A stretch of 64,000 nucleotides of DNA, taken from Kiritimatiellia bacterium (GTDB lineage Bacteria; Verrucomicrobiota; Kiritimatiellia; CAIVKH01). Under the pieces are notes generated by a model. The model saw only the letters and a list, made by a program, of their open reading frames with translations. It did not search any database and was not told where the DNA came from. A program made the position numbers and the translations under genes. Below are positions 8,791 to 19,292 of the stretch, in pieces. Where the stretch lies: contig JBDHQM010000002.1 of NCBI GenBank assembly GCA_039807095.1, positions 97,261 to 161,260 of the forward strand, written 5' to 3'. Each line of letters opens with the position of its first letter. Position 1 is the stretch's first letter.

Positions 8791-10602
8791 CTAATCATCC
8801 GTCTCCAAATAAAACCCTGCCCCTAAATTTCCGGCCTTGCGCATCCGAAGCTCCTTCAACGGATACGGCGTACAGGGAAGCGGTGCGTCGCCACATTGAT
8901 CGCCCTGTACCGGCGCATACACAAGAAAAGGCGTGTTGGTGCCCAATACAAGTTCCTGCACAGGCAAGCTGCGCGAATGGCCAATCTCCCACCAAGGCCG
9001 ACTCGACGCGCTCTTCAACGACGGCTTCATCCACCACACCAACGACGCCACAGCGGCAATTGCAAGAAGCCGAATCCACGCGCGATCAGGGAGGCGCGAG
9101 AACAAGAGTGCACCTGCCGCGCCAAACCACATCCAGAAAAATCCAAGCCCAAATCGTAAATCCGGCGCAGTGAGCAACCAGAAGACCAGACTCGCCCCCG
9201 CCATCAGCAGAATCAAGATGGCCGCAACATCTTCGCCCCATAACGCCCCGCCGCGCCGCCGCCACGGCCATATCGTCAGCCATGCGGCGACGCAAACAGC
9301 TCCCGCTATCGCAATGAAGCGTGGAACGCCCCGCCAATTCTGCCGCGCCCAACGAGGCAGCCATTCCGACAACCGCTGGTTCGCCGCTTTTCCATAATGC
9401 GGACCGGGGCGACGCGCCCAGCCCTTTAGCACTCGATATTGCCCCTCCACGGACTGCATTTTGTATTCATGCCCTTTGGCAATGGGCTCTCGCGGAACCG
9501 ACCAATCCACCGGCAATGCCAAAATTGGACTTGGATATAGTGGCCATCCTGTTGCAATCGAATTTCGTGCAACAACACTCACAGCAAATAGACCGGGTAA
9601 AAGCAGAAGTGTAGCCGCGCGTCGTATCGCAGCAGGACGGCTCGCCCGCTCATCCGCACTCCACGCGATCAGTGCACTCAGCACGGCAACGAGCAGCACA
9701 ACAGCCGAAAGCGCTTTGACGGCATACGCCGCAGAAATCAGGAATAGAGGCGCGCGCAGCGCGAGCAGCCACGCACCTCTCTCTTTGGGCGGATATCGCA
9801 AGAGTTGCAAACCTGCGACGAGGAGCAAAATGTGCGCAACGTCGTCAGTGTATAGCGAAGGCTGGAGCAACCCGACCTGCGCGATCAAATACGGCAAAGT
9901 GAACAATGCGAAAAACCGAGCGACAGGCGGTACGGTTGTTTCGCGCACGATCACGTGAAGCCACTGCAGAAGCGCTGCACCCAGAGCGAAACCGGGAACA
10001 ACCCACGCGGATCGGCCATCCCACCATCCATGATCTACAAACGCTGCCAGCAACAAACCCGCGTAGGTATGCCCCAAGCGGCAGTGCAGATTTGCGATAC
10101 CCGGCACAACTGCATACTCCTTCGCCCAGCGCACCCAGGAAAAATGGTAGAGGTCGGTGTCATAAACGGAGGACCAACGCCAGGTGGCGGATTTCATCAC
10201 CAGCAAAACGATTGTCGCAGCTGCAAGCGTCCAGGAAACAAGACCGCGCATATTCACGCGCGGACGAGACGCAAAATCCGGCGCGACGATGCAGGTGGCG
10301 CGCGAACAGCGGTTGAAGAAACCGGCCGTAGAAATTAGCGCTACAGCTCCCGCGACAAATGATGTCAACGGAACCACAAAATTCAGTACGAGCAGAACGA
10401 GGAGCAAAAACGCGAGGCCTATCCAGAAGCGGGGCCATCGGTCGAACCTCTCCTGCGACCCGCTCATGAGGCGCCAAAGCGATTCGACCGCGAGACCGAA
10501 GCCCTGACACACCAGCGCGAGAAGCAACCAGGCTAAAGCAATACGAATCATGGGCGCTTTATCTACTCGGGATCCTGCAACAGCAATTCCGGCGAATCCC
10601 AC
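8791..10602 (-). CDS. large polytopic membrane protein, GT-C-like putative glycosyltransferase (start probably the internal Met at 10551)
   Basis: At least 12 predicted TM helices. Acidic D-x-D (YDTDLYHF) in the first loop. Confidence 0.45.
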   Translation of the reverse strand: MGFAGIAVAGSRVDKAPMIRIALAWLLLALVCQGFGLAVESLWRLMSGSQERFDRWPRFWIGLAFLLLVLLVLNFVVPLTSFVAGAVALISTAGFFNRCSRATCIVAPDFASRPRVNMRGLVSWTLAAATIVLLVMKSATWRWSSVYDTDLYHFSWVRWAKEYAVVPGIANLHCRLGHTYAGLLLAAFVDHGWWDGRSAWVVPGFALGAALLQWLHVIVRETTVPPVARFFALFTLPYLIAQVGLLQPSLYTDDVAHILLLVAGLQLLRYPPKERGAWLLALRAPLFLISAAYAVKALSAVVLLVAVLSALIAWSADERASRPAAIRRAATLLLLPGLFAVSVVARNSIATGWPLYPSPILALPVDWSVPREPIAKGHEYKMQSVEGQYRVLKGWARRPGPHYGKAANQRLSEWLPRWARQNWRGVPRFIAIAGAVCVAAWLTIWPWRRRGGALWGEDVAAILILLMAGASLVFWLLTAPDLRFGLGFFWMWFGAAGALLFSRLPDRAWIRLLAIAAVASLVWWMKPSLKSASSRPWWEIGHSRSLPVQELVLGTNTPFLVYAPVQGDQCGDAPLPCTPYPLKELRMRKAGNLGAGFYLETDD

Positions 10603-12278
10603 TCATAAATCGCCAGCGCATCGTTGTCGAACACACGACGGAATCGCGCGTCTGCATCCAGTTGCGCGGCAAAATAATCTGGATAGACACCAAGATTTGA
10701 AACTTCCGCATCCACATGCGCAACGCGGTCTTTTTTGATTACAATCGCGCCGACCCTTCGCCTCGCAAGAATGCCGATTCGCGTATCGTTATCGCCCAGC
10801 CAAAACTCACGCAAATGGCCGCCCAGATACCAATCGTGCGGTGCAGGAAACAAACGATAATTGCCTTCCGGATACATAAATATCCGACGCGGCTCCGGCA
10901 AATGCTCTCCCAGAAAGGCAATTCCCTCTTTCAGCTCATCGGACACACTTCGAAGCTGAACGGTCTTTGCAAGCACGCCGCCCGCCTGGGCCAAACACAG
11001 CAGCAGCAGCGCAGGAATCCAAATACGCGGGCGGACCAATCTGGCAGCCGATTCCGCGACAGGAATGAGAAGAAAGGGCACTGCGGGATAAAAGAACCGC
11101 GCATCCGGAGACGCCCTGAGCAAGAATGCAGCGGGAATAAGAAAACTCAATCCCACCCAGAACGGCCAGCACACCGCGGCAGCTTCCGATAGCTCGACGA
11201 GGCGGGTGCGACGGAATACTGACCCCGCTGCACCGGCGATCAATACAACCCACAGCGCGCCGCCACCATAGAGCAGCCAGTTCTTAGGCTCGCGTAAGTC
11301 GCCCGGATGATATGCCGACACTTGATTTTCATAGACCGATATTGATTGCGCTTTTACTGGCCGCGCGGCCCTTGGCTTTTCCGAACTACGCGATGGCGGT
11401 GACGTTTTTGCGCCAAATTTCTCAGCAATTGCGCGAACCTGGCGCAGCGGATAATACCCGCCATGCGGCGACAACACGCGATCTGCAATCTGCATGGAGA
11501 AGCTCACCAGAACGAGCGAGACCAAGAGCGGAATAAGTGTACAACGCACCCTTGCTCTGCGGGGTTTGTCACGTGTAGCGCTCCAGCGCCGCAGTGTCAG
11601 CATGACAAAGAACGCAGGAATGAACAGAGCGGCCGTCTCTTTCATACACAGAGCAAGCACAAGAAACAGCGTCGCCCATACCCAGCGCCGACGCTCCAGC
11701 AAATAGAACGCTGTCAGCAATTGCGCGGTCATCGGAACATCGAGATAGAAGACAACTGAAAACAGTAGCGACATGGGCAAAGAGGCAAGCGTCAGCAGAT
11801 ACACAATCGTTGAGCGCGCGGGCGTTTTCGAACACGACCGCAGCAGCAGAGAGCCGGCGAATAGCAACTGCGCAAAAAACAGCGCCTGATAAATCTGCAC
11901 CGAGGCAAAATAGGGGAACAAACGATACAGCCATGCCCCCGCGTAATGCCAAAGGTTTGCGTGCGCATAGTAGTGAAACTCCGTCTCTCCCCACCCCGTG
12001 GGAATAAACACTTCAAACGTGAGTGACGGCAATACATCCGCCTGATGCGTCAGCATGAAATAGTGCCGAACTTCATCCCCCAGCATCGCATGCGGCATCC
12101 AAAGCCCGGCGATCAAGACGGCAAACGAAAACAGAATGACGAGGCCTAGCCGCACGCGAGAAAGCGCGCGCGGTGCATGCGTACAACTCGTCGCGGAATT
12201 GGCATCTATTGATGAAGCTTCTCTCATCCAGCAGTACCTGCGGACTACAATGCGCAACACCCTATTCCATCTCAACAA
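10563..12278 (-). CDS. GT-C glycosyltransferase, PMT/ArnT-like (GT39/GT83-like); start probably 12227
   Basis: First-loop LGDEVRHYF resembles the PMT FDEVHFG motif. Multi-TM N-terminal half with a soluble C-terminal domain. Confidence 0.55.
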   Translation of the reverse strand: MLRWNRVLRIVVRRYCWMREASSIDANSATSCTHAPRALSRVRLGLVILFSFAVLIAGLWMPHAMLGDEVRHYFMLTHQADVLPSLTFEVFIPTGWGETEFHYYAHANLWHYAGAWLYRLFPYFASVQIYQALFFAQLLFAGSLLLRSCSKTPARSTIVYLLTLASLPMSLLFSVVFYLDVPMTAQLLTAFYLLERRRWVWATLFLVLALCMKETAALFIPAFFVMLTLRRWSATRDKPRRARVRCTLIPLLVSLVLVSFSMQIADRVLSPHGGYYPLRQVRAIAEKFGAKTSPPSRSSEKPRAARPVKAQSISVYENQVSAYHPGDLREPKNWLLYGGGALWVVLIAGAAGSVFRRTRLVELSEAAAVCWPFWVGLSFLIPAAFLLRASPDARFFYPAVPFLLIPVAESAARLVRPRIWIPALLLLCLAQAGGVLAKTVQLRSVSDELKEGIAFLGEHLPEPRRIFMYPEGNYRLFPAPHDWYLGGHLREFWLGDNDTRIGILARRRVGAIVIKKDRVAHVDAEVSNLGVYPDYFAAQLDADARFRRVFDNDALAIYEWDSPELLLQDPE

Positions 12279-14556
12279 AAAGCACTCTATGAATCAGTGC
12301 GCCTAAATCGCCCGGGTAGTTGTCGCGGTGTCCCGCAGACTGCGGATCAAAGGGGGTTTCTGCATAAAAATGATAGATTCCGGTACGAGGCAGTTCTATT
12401 CCTGCAGGCGCCACAAGTTCGGCTGTCAATTCGGCGACGGACGGCGGCACATCCAGCCAGACCGCGCCCCCTTCGCCCCACGGCGGCACCACGCGCAGAC
12501 GTTGCACGGGCTTGCTTTGATTCGATGCGGCAACAACGGTCAATTTCACACGCCCCTTGCGCGGAACGGGCCCGACAATGCCGCTACCCTCACGGCTCCA
12601 CTGCCCCGGCACGCGCGTCCCATCGCTCAGCTTCAACGACTGTGTAGGCCCCCACGGCGGGCGCAACGCAGCAGGACCACCATCAAGCAGTTTTTCCTGC
12701 TGGAGTCTCGCGATCTCATTGTCAATTAGCGCGACGCGTGCAAATTGCAACACGCGCTCGTCCTTCTTAAGAACTGCAGGAAGCGCCCGCTTGCTGTGCA
12801 CACGCGATACAGGAATCCGCTCTGTCGAAATAGGTTCAAAGCGAATCCCTTCTTCCAAATCAGGCAGCGAACGCGATGCGACAAACCACACATCCTCTGT
12901 GCTCGCCACGCCGCGAAGCCAGCCGATAAGTTGTTCCCAGTGCTGCGGCTTTCCCTCGCTGCTCCAACCAATGGCGCGCGTCTGGTTATCCACCGCGAAA
13001 GGAAAGCTGTCGGGAAGATAATCGAAGAGAACTAAGCGCGACCCGATGTTCGCTTTTATTTCTTGTACGCGCTCCAGCGCGCCGATTTCTTGGCGAACAA
13101 AATATGGAGCAGGCCACCGCGCTACATTTGCGCTGCCAAGAACAAGTGCCAGGACGCCGCATCCCGCCGCAATCGCGCGGCGAGTTCCGATCCGGGCTTG
13201 AACCCAGCGCGCGGCAGGCAAGAGCAATGCGGGTAGTAACAATAAAACAAACGGCCCCATTCGTCGCTGGCTCCACATTGCCATTTGTTCTGCGCCCTTG
13301 AGATAGGAAAAGACGGGCAGCAACGCGACCGCAAATCCTGCCACCAGACGCGCACGGCCGGCAGTCCTCGAAAATACAAGCGGGATCGCGCACGCGATCG
13401 CAAGAACTGCAGCGGGCCATCGAACAGCGGACCAGAGATCTGTCAGTCCCGTCAACACACGCGGCGATTCTGCCCAGAAAAGCAAGGCCAAGGCGGTAGG
13501 CAATACGGCAACCAATAACCAGGCGGGCGCACGGGGATGCAAGCGATCCAACGCTCGTTGAAATGCGTCTGCCTTACGAAGCCGCCAGATCAGGAGCCAT
13601 AGCAACGCAATGCCAAATACAGCGGCAAATACATCCACGACTTGGTGCGCTTGGCTATATTTGAAATTCACGACCAGCGTGCGCCAGCGCAGCCTGCCAT
13701 ATGGCCCGCAGACATTTGCGGTCAACCAGAGCAGAAATGCAGGGCCGGTTGCGAACAGCGTCACCCCAGATAAAAGCCGCCGCGCTGAACCCCGGTCTAC
13801 TGCCAGCAATACGGCGAGCAACGGAAGCGAGACAACGATCAAAGCAGGATGGAATGCCGGCGCCAAACCGAGTGCGAGATATGCAGCCAGCGATACCGGC
13901 CGCCCCGCAGGCAGCGTCATCCAATGCAGGGCGACCAGACCCGCAAACACTGCGCCACACACTTCCGCATAAAAACCGCGAAACAGCATCGCAGGCAATG
14001 GGGTCGCCAGAAAGAGCGCGCCCGCAAGAAGCAGTCCGGCAACCCCGCCCTCACGACGACCGATTGCGAGCAGAGCCGCTGCAAACAACAGCCCCAAAAG
14101 AGGCGGGAATAGGTCCATGCCTCTCCACGGCAAGAGCTTCTGCAACCCCGCAGCGCCCAGCGGTAGCGTGGGGTAAAAGTACGGCTCTGTTGCCCCGGAT
14201 CCGTCTTGCATCACTCGAAAGGATCGGTCGCGCGTGTTGCGATCCTTGGTGTACGGAAGCAACGTGAGATCCTCCCGAAATTCAGAAGAAACATCGAGAA
14301 ACGTGTGGTCAACATCATTGAAGCCGCGACCATTGGCGAACGAGTACGCCATAAGCCGGTAGCCGGAGTGATCCAATGCGGTGAACGTATCGCCGTGAGG
14401 CCGCAACAAAAGCAACGCAGCCAATAACACCGCCACCCACACGCCAAGCGAACGCCACACACCGCGCACAGACTGAACGCACAGCCAGATGGCGCAGGAA
14501 ATCGAAATCAGGAAAATCGCTAGTGCAAGCCAAGACATCGAGAAGATAGTAGCCAT
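12262..14556 (-). CDS. large polytopic membrane protein with C-terminal periplasmic domain (GT-C/YfhO-like, putative glycosyltransferase)
   Basis: 764 aa. Multiple N-terminal TM helices and a roughly 300-aa soluble C-terminus. Confidence 0.4.
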   Translation of the reverse strand: MATIFSMSWLALAIFLISISCAIWLCVQSVRGVWRSLGVWVAVLLAALLLLRPHGDTFTALDHSGYRLMAYSFANGRGFNDVDHTFLDVSSEFREDLTLLPYTKDRNTRDRSFRVMQDGSGATEPYFYPTLPLGAAGLQKLLPWRGMDLFPPLLGLLFAAALLAIGRREGGVAGLLLAGALFLATPLPAMLFRGFYAEVCGAVFAGLVALHWMTLPAGRPVSLAAYLALGLAPAFHPALIVVSLPLLAVLLAVDRGSARRLLSGVTLFATGPAFLLWLTANVCGPYGRLRWRTLVVNFKYSQAHQVVDVFAAVFGIALLWLLIWRLRKADAFQRALDRLHPRAPAWLLVAVLPTALALLFWAESPRVLTGLTDLWSAVRWPAAVLAIACAIPLVFSRTAGRARLVAGFAVALLPVFSYLKGAEQMAMWSQRRMGPFVLLLLPALLLPAARWVQARIGTRRAIAAGCGVLALVLGSANVARWPAPYFVRQEIGALERVQEIKANIGSRLVLFDYLPDSFPFAVDNQTRAIGWSSEGKPQHWEQLIGWLRGVASTEDVWFVASRSLPDLEEGIRFEPISTERIPVSRVHSKRALPAVLKKDERVLQFARVALIDNEIARLQQEKLLDGGPAALRPPWGPTQSLKLSDGTRVPGQWSREGSGIVGPVPRKGRVKLTVVAASNQSKPVQRLRVVPPWGEGGAVWLDVPPSVAELTAELVAPAGIELPRTGIYHFYAETPFDPQSAGHRDNYPGDLGALIHRVLFVEME

Positions 14557-14592
14557 CCCTGCGAGACGGACAACTGCAAAGCCCGGGTCACC

Positions 14593-15702
14593 TCAACGCG
14601 CACGACCCTTCTCCGCCGCGACTCCAACAAGCGAAGCCTTCAGCTTTGCGCGCAAGTTCCCGACATCCAAATGACGCCGATAATAAGCACGCGCAGCCTC
14701 CATCTGGGCGCGGCGCGCATCAACATCTCGCTGCAGTCGCATAGCTTCGTCCCGCATCTCCGACGGCGAATCCACCTCGATCCACGCGCCGTCCCCCGTC
14801 GGAATTCCGCGCATCGCTCCGCGGCGCGCAATAATGGCGCGCCCTGCGGCAAGCGCCTCGATTGTCTTGATCTGAACCCCCATCCCTTCAATGGTCGTCA
14901 TCAGTATGATTCCGCATTCGCGATACGGATCCATTGTCTCGTGATATCGCCCCACCCGTTCGAAGCCCACTTCACCGACATGCGCCGCCAGCCCGCCGTA
15001 CACGCGAATTGGCGATTCCGTAATGCCCTCGCCCAACCAACGCAACCCCTCGCGATTGAATGCGTTGGCCGAACCGATCATTCCGATGCGCTCTGAGTCG
15101 GGCAGTTCCACCGCATCCACAAACGGTGGACTCCATAGCGTCCGCTCAATTCCACGCGCGCGCAAACGCTCCTGCTCCTGCTGTGAAATAACGACGACCA
15201 AGCCCGCGCTTCTCAAATCGCGCGTTTCCGCGGCGTGTCCGCCCCACATAAAGTCCGACCACACATCCAGTAGCGCGACGACTTTTGGGCACTTCGTCGG
15301 GAAACCCGCCCAGAAACTATAAACAAATACAGCGAGATCAGCCGATTCAGAGTGATGCGCAACCCATCGCGGATCAAAGGCAAACCGATGGTACGGATTC
15401 GCGTGGCCGAATGCCTTTTCCAGTCGCAGCGCTTTGCAAACGACGGCATAGAGCAACCCTAACCACCGCAACGGACGGAGCCGGCGAGGCTCATCGTCTT
15501 CGCGAAACAGAATGCGGAACCCCCGCGATTCCAATTCCGCAATCGCCGGTTTCGTCCAGCCAGTTCCAACCGGCAGCGTACGCGCGGAAAGGATTGTACA
15601 CTCACCCAATTCGCGAAGAGTCTCCAACACCTTCAGCATCTCCATCTTCCCACCGTGGTCGGCTGGAAGCGGGCAATAGGGAATAAGAACCACCGATTTC
15701 AT
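14593..15702 (-). CDS. glycosyltransferase family 4
   Basis: GT-B fold, about 369 aa. Confidence 0.65.
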   Translation of the reverse strand: MKSVVLIPYCPLPADHGGKMEMLKVLETLRELGECTILSARTLPVGTGWTKPAIAELESRGFRILFREDDEPRRLRPLRWLGLLYAVVCKALRLEKAFGHANPYHRFAFDPRWVAHHSESADLAVFVYSFWAGFPTKCPKVVALLDVWSDFMWGGHAAETRDLRSAGLVVVISQQEQERLRARGIERTLWSPPFVDAVELPDSERIGMIGSANAFNREGLRWLGEGITESPIRVYGGLAAHVGEVGFERVGRYHETMDPYRECGIILMTTIEGMGVQIKTIEALAAGRAIIARRGAMRGIPTGDGAWIEVDSPSEMRDEAMRLQRDVDARRAQMEAARAYYRRHLDVGNLRAKLKASLVGVAAEKGRAR

Positions 15703-16769
15703 TCGCTGGTCCCCACGGAGATACTTCTAGGCTCATTCTGCCACTTCACCAAATCACGGATAAAACGCTCGGTGCGCAACTCGCGGCCCTCTGCGTTCAG
15801 ATGATAGGCGGAGTCATAAAACAATGCGCGATCGAAACGGTAGTCTTCCGGCACAGAAATCACGGCAATATCCATCTCTTTCAAGTGCCGGGCGATAAGG
15901 TTGATCCATTCTCTCTGGTTATCAAACGACTCCTGCTCAAAGCTCGGATAGCTCAGCACAAAAGAAACAGAATTGTGCGCGTCTCTCACTTCATTGAAGA
16001 AACGCGACAGCGCACGGAAGATGTTCATGTCGAGTTTCTCGAGATCGGCGGCGTGCGAAGCCTTGAAGGGCAACGCGGGCTTCCCGAGATGCCCGACGAA
16101 ATCACCATATTTGTTGAAGCCGCTGCGACGCAGCACAGCGTCTGAAAATACCTCGCGCCTCCGGAAAAAGCTGAATGACTTCCATCTGATGTATTCTGCG
16201 AACTGACTCGGCAGGCCATACATCCCTCGTCGCCACAGCAGCGACGGGGGCTTCCTCTCAACATCAATCATTACAGCGATTCGGTTGAAGTTCCCGTTCC
16301 ATCCGGAAAACTGACCATATTCAGGCAATAACGCAACGGTGTCCCCATCCTGAATAAACGGCTCGACGGAAGCCAGGGCATACCCCAACCCCATTCCCGC
16401 ATTGAAGCCGGTGTTGATCACCGTCATGCCGGTTTCACTCTCAATCCGCTCTGAATTCATACTGAACGCAAGATTCGATCCGCCGATCAGAATAAGCCGC
16501 CTGGGCCGCCCCATCGTCTCCTTCAGCCGCGCCAGTTTATCGAGCCATGCCATATTGTAATCGTCGGCCGCCAGCGATGGCGAAGGGCGCGTCAGGCAGA
16601 ACGCGACGAGCGCGGCTGCTGCCATGAGCAGTAGAAAAAAGAAAAGCGCCGTCTGTTTGATGAAGCGTCTCATTGTATATCCATCTAAAACTGAAAATAG
16701 ATGAACTCCATTCCGCGCGAAGGTGCGAAAAAGAACATCAGCCCTATAAGCGCGTAATACAGACCCCAC
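15699..16769 (-). CDS. SGNH/AlgX-AlgJ-DltD-like polysaccharide O-acetylation protein (probable start 16673)
   Basis: Signal anchor, GGSN motif, Ser and His blocks. Adjacent to and coupled with the MBOAT gene. Confidence 0.6.
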   Translation of the reverse strand: MGSVLRAYRADVLFRTFARNGVHLFSVLDGYTMRRFIKQTALFFFLLLMAAAALVAFCLTRPSPSLAADDYNMAWLDKLARLKETMGRPRRLILIGGSNLAFSMNSERIESETGMTVINTGFNAGMGLGYALASVEPFIQDGDTVALLPEYGQFSGWNGNFNRIAVMIDVERKPPSLLWRRGMYGLPSQFAEYIRWKSFSFFRRREVFSDAVLRRSGFNKYGDFVGHLGKPALPFKASHAADLEKLDMNIFRALSRFFNEVRDAHNSVSFVLSYPSFEQESFDNQREWINLIARHLKEMDIAVISVPEDYRFDRALFYDSAYHLNAEGRELRTERFIRDLVKWQNEPRSISVGTSE

Positions 16770-18169
16770 CGCAGCAGTTTATTCTGTGGCAGTCGCGCAA
16801 GGCCATGCTGCTCGCGACGGGCAAACCACTCCACGGCGAACAACACAACAATCCCAAGCGGCGCCGCGATGGATTTAACATCGCCGAAAAGAGCGGGCAG
16901 CATATTTCGGCCTGATGCAAGAGAAAGCATTCTCGCAATCCACGTGAACGCGACGTGAATATCCGGCGCGCGAAAGAACGTCCACGCCAAAACAACCAAA
17001 AGAAATGTAAGCGCCATTTGCAGCGCCTCCGCAAGTGTCGGAAGGCTGTGCTCCGCAGCGACAACTGACGTATATTTCCGGTTTCGACGCAGCAGCAGCA
17101 AAGGCAAGAAACAACACGCATGCACGAAACCCCAGGCGATGAAGGTCCAATTTGCGCCGTGCCAAAATCCGCTGACGACAAATATGATGAACACATTCCG
17201 GATCGCCATGCTGACCGAGCAGCGGCTTCCGCCCAGTGGAATATACAGGTAGTCCCGAAACCAGGTGCTTAACGAAATGTGCCAGCGCCGCCAAAACTCT
17301 GCGATATCGCGCGAGAAATAGGGATAGGCGAAGTTGCGCATCAAACGAATGCCGAATAAACGCGCACACCCAATCGCAATATCAGAATAGCCCGAAAAAT
17401 CGCAGTATATCTGTATCGCGAAAAAGACCGCGCCCGCCCATAGCGAAACACCCGAAGGCTCTGAATCTGACTTCAAGATTGTATTTGCAAGGCTCGCGCA
17501 ATTATCGGCCACCACCATCTTCTTGAACAGTCCCCACAGCATCTGCCGGCAACCATCCACTGCTGAGGAATAATCGAAGCGACGGGGAGACAAAAATTGC
17601 GGCAAAAGACTGGAAGCGCGCTCAATCGGACCCGCTACAAGCTGCGGGAAAAAAGTCACAAACGCGAGGAAGGCTACGATGTCGCGAGCCGGCTCCACAT
17701 CGCGGCGACAGACATCCACCGTGTAGCTGATCAGTTGAAAGGTGTAAAAACTAATGCCGACGGGAAGGATAACGCGCAGCGACGTAATATGAGGCGCAAA
17801 ACCGAGCTGCAGCAACAGGCTCGCGAATTGCTCAATGAAGAAGTTGGAATACTTGAAATAGCCAAGAATACCAAAATTGACGACGCAGCTTAGCCAGACC
17901 CAGCGACGGTCGCGCCGATCGCCCCTCGAAGCGAGAACGCCAAGCGCGTATGTCCACAGGGAGCTCAAGGCTATCAGGATGAGAAAACGCCAGTCCCACC
18001 AGCCGTAGAACACGTAGGAAGCGATAACGATGAGCAGATTTTGCAATCTGCGCCGGTGCGCGCCAATCAGCCAATAGAGAGAAAAGACAATGGGCAAAAA
18101 AACGAGAAAGGTGAGGGAGTTAAATAGCATCGCTCTCTCCGACTCCTTCGGCCAAGCCTCTCCGGACAA
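16685..18169 (-). CDS. MBOAT family O-acyltransferase (AlgI/DltB-like); probable start 18130
   Basis: Multi-TM protein with the conserved His region (WHISLSTWFRDY...GFWHG). Confidence 0.85.
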   Translation of the reverse strand: MSGEAWPKESERAMLFNSLTFLVFLPIVFSLYWLIGAHRRRLQNLLIVIASYVFYGWWDWRFLILIALSSLWTYALGVLASRGDRRDRRWVWLSCVVNFGILGYFKYSNFFIEQFASLLLQLGFAPHITSLRVILPVGISFYTFQLISYTVDVCRRDVEPARDIVAFLAFVTFFPQLVAGPIERASSLLPQFLSPRRFDYSSAVDGCRQMLWGLFKKMVVADNCASLANTILKSDSEPSGVSLWAGAVFFAIQIYCDFSGYSDIAIGCARLFGIRLMRNFAYPYFSRDIAEFWRRWHISLSTWFRDYLYIPLGGSRCSVSMAIRNVFIIFVVSGFWHGANWTFIAWGFVHACCFLPLLLLRRNRKYTSVVAAEHSLPTLAEALQMALTFLLVVLAWTFFRAPDIHVAFTWIARMLSLASGRNMLPALFGDVKSIAAPLGIVVLFAVEWFARREQHGLARLPQNKLLRWGLYYALIGLMFFFAPSRGMEFIYFQF

Positions 18170-19292
18170 ACGTCACAAATCTTTCAGCGGCAAGCGCAGG
18201 TTGATATTCCTTCAGCAAGCGAGTCTGCAATCCTTGTCCGACGCACATACGGCGACCTGCATCGCCCAGCAAATCGGATATTCGCTCCGCAAACACCTCC
18301 GCTCCCGGGTCCGCGATCCACTGCCGATCGCCAAGATACTCGCTCATTCCTCCAAACGGGCTCGCGACAACGGGCTTTGCGCGCGCCATCGCTTCCAACA
18401 GCGCAGTCGGAGAGGTATCCCATCGCGACGGCATAATGACGGCCCATGCTCGACGATAGGCCTCATTCAATTTCGCCGCATTCAACTGGCCTAGAAAACG
18501 GACGCGGGCGCGCATGTCGCCAAGCTCCCGCTCCAGCCACGCCCGCATGGAGCCGAGGAAGCGAGCGTACGAATCGCCTCCCGCAATCTCCAGCACGACG
18601 CGCGGATAAAGTTTTGAAACCTGCTTCAGGATATCGCGCAGATAGCCAATCCCTTTCCCGATATCAATCCGACCGACAAGCAGCAGGGTGGGCTCTTCGG
18701 CCTCTGCATTTGTCCACTCCGGAAGCGCCGCCAATGGCTTGGGCAGAACACCTCGAATCTCTGGAAGCCTCAGACCCTGCTGCTGCAAGGCATCAAGCAT
18801 CCACGCAGATGGCGCGGCGAGAAAATCGGCGTGCTCAATGGAAAAACGCTCGCGTCGCAATCGCGCGCGATCGCGTAGGCAGGCAAGATCAATCACACGC
18901 CGCTGCCACCCGTACCACGCCTGAGCATACCGCGCACGTAAAACGACGTCGTTGTAGCGGCAATTGATCAACACCGGTGGCCGCGATCTCATTTTCAGCA
19001 GTTCTGCCGCCTCGCCCAGATGATCCACAGCCTCGATCAAGTCCACCCGATAATCTCTCGCAAGCGACAACACACGTTCTGCCACTGTGCATGAGCCGAT
19101 CTCCCGTTCCTCGTAGATGCGATGAATACAACCGTGGGGTAGCTCTTCCCGCTCCGGAAGCCCATCGCCGCGGCTCGTAACGACAATAGATTCATGACCC
19201 AGGGCTCGCAGCCCGGCGGATATTTCGAAAATATATTTTCCGACTCCAGACCCGCGCGGCGGATATTCCCAACAGAAGTGCAGAACTTTCAT
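18120..19292 (-). CDS. glycosyltransferase family 4
   Basis: GT-B fold with an N-terminal GxGxxV-type motif. Confidence 0.75.
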   Translation of the reverse strand: MKVLHFCWEYPPRGSGVGKYIFEISAGLRALGHESIVVTSRGDGLPEREELPHGCIHRIYEEREIGSCTVAERVLSLARDYRVDLIEAVDHLGEAAELLKMRSRPPVLINCRYNDVVLRARYAQAWYGWQRRVIDLACLRDRARLRRERFSIEHADFLAAPSAWMLDALQQQGLRLPEIRGVLPKPLAALPEWTNAEAEEPTLLLVGRIDIGKGIGYLRDILKQVSKLYPRVVLEIAGGDSYARFLGSMRAWLERELGDMRARVRFLGQLNAAKLNEAYRRAWAVIMPSRWDTSPTALLEAMARAKPVVASPFGGMSEYLGDRQWIADPGAEVFAERISDLLGDAGRRMCVGQGLQTRLLKEYQPALAAERFVTFVRRGLAEGVGESDAI

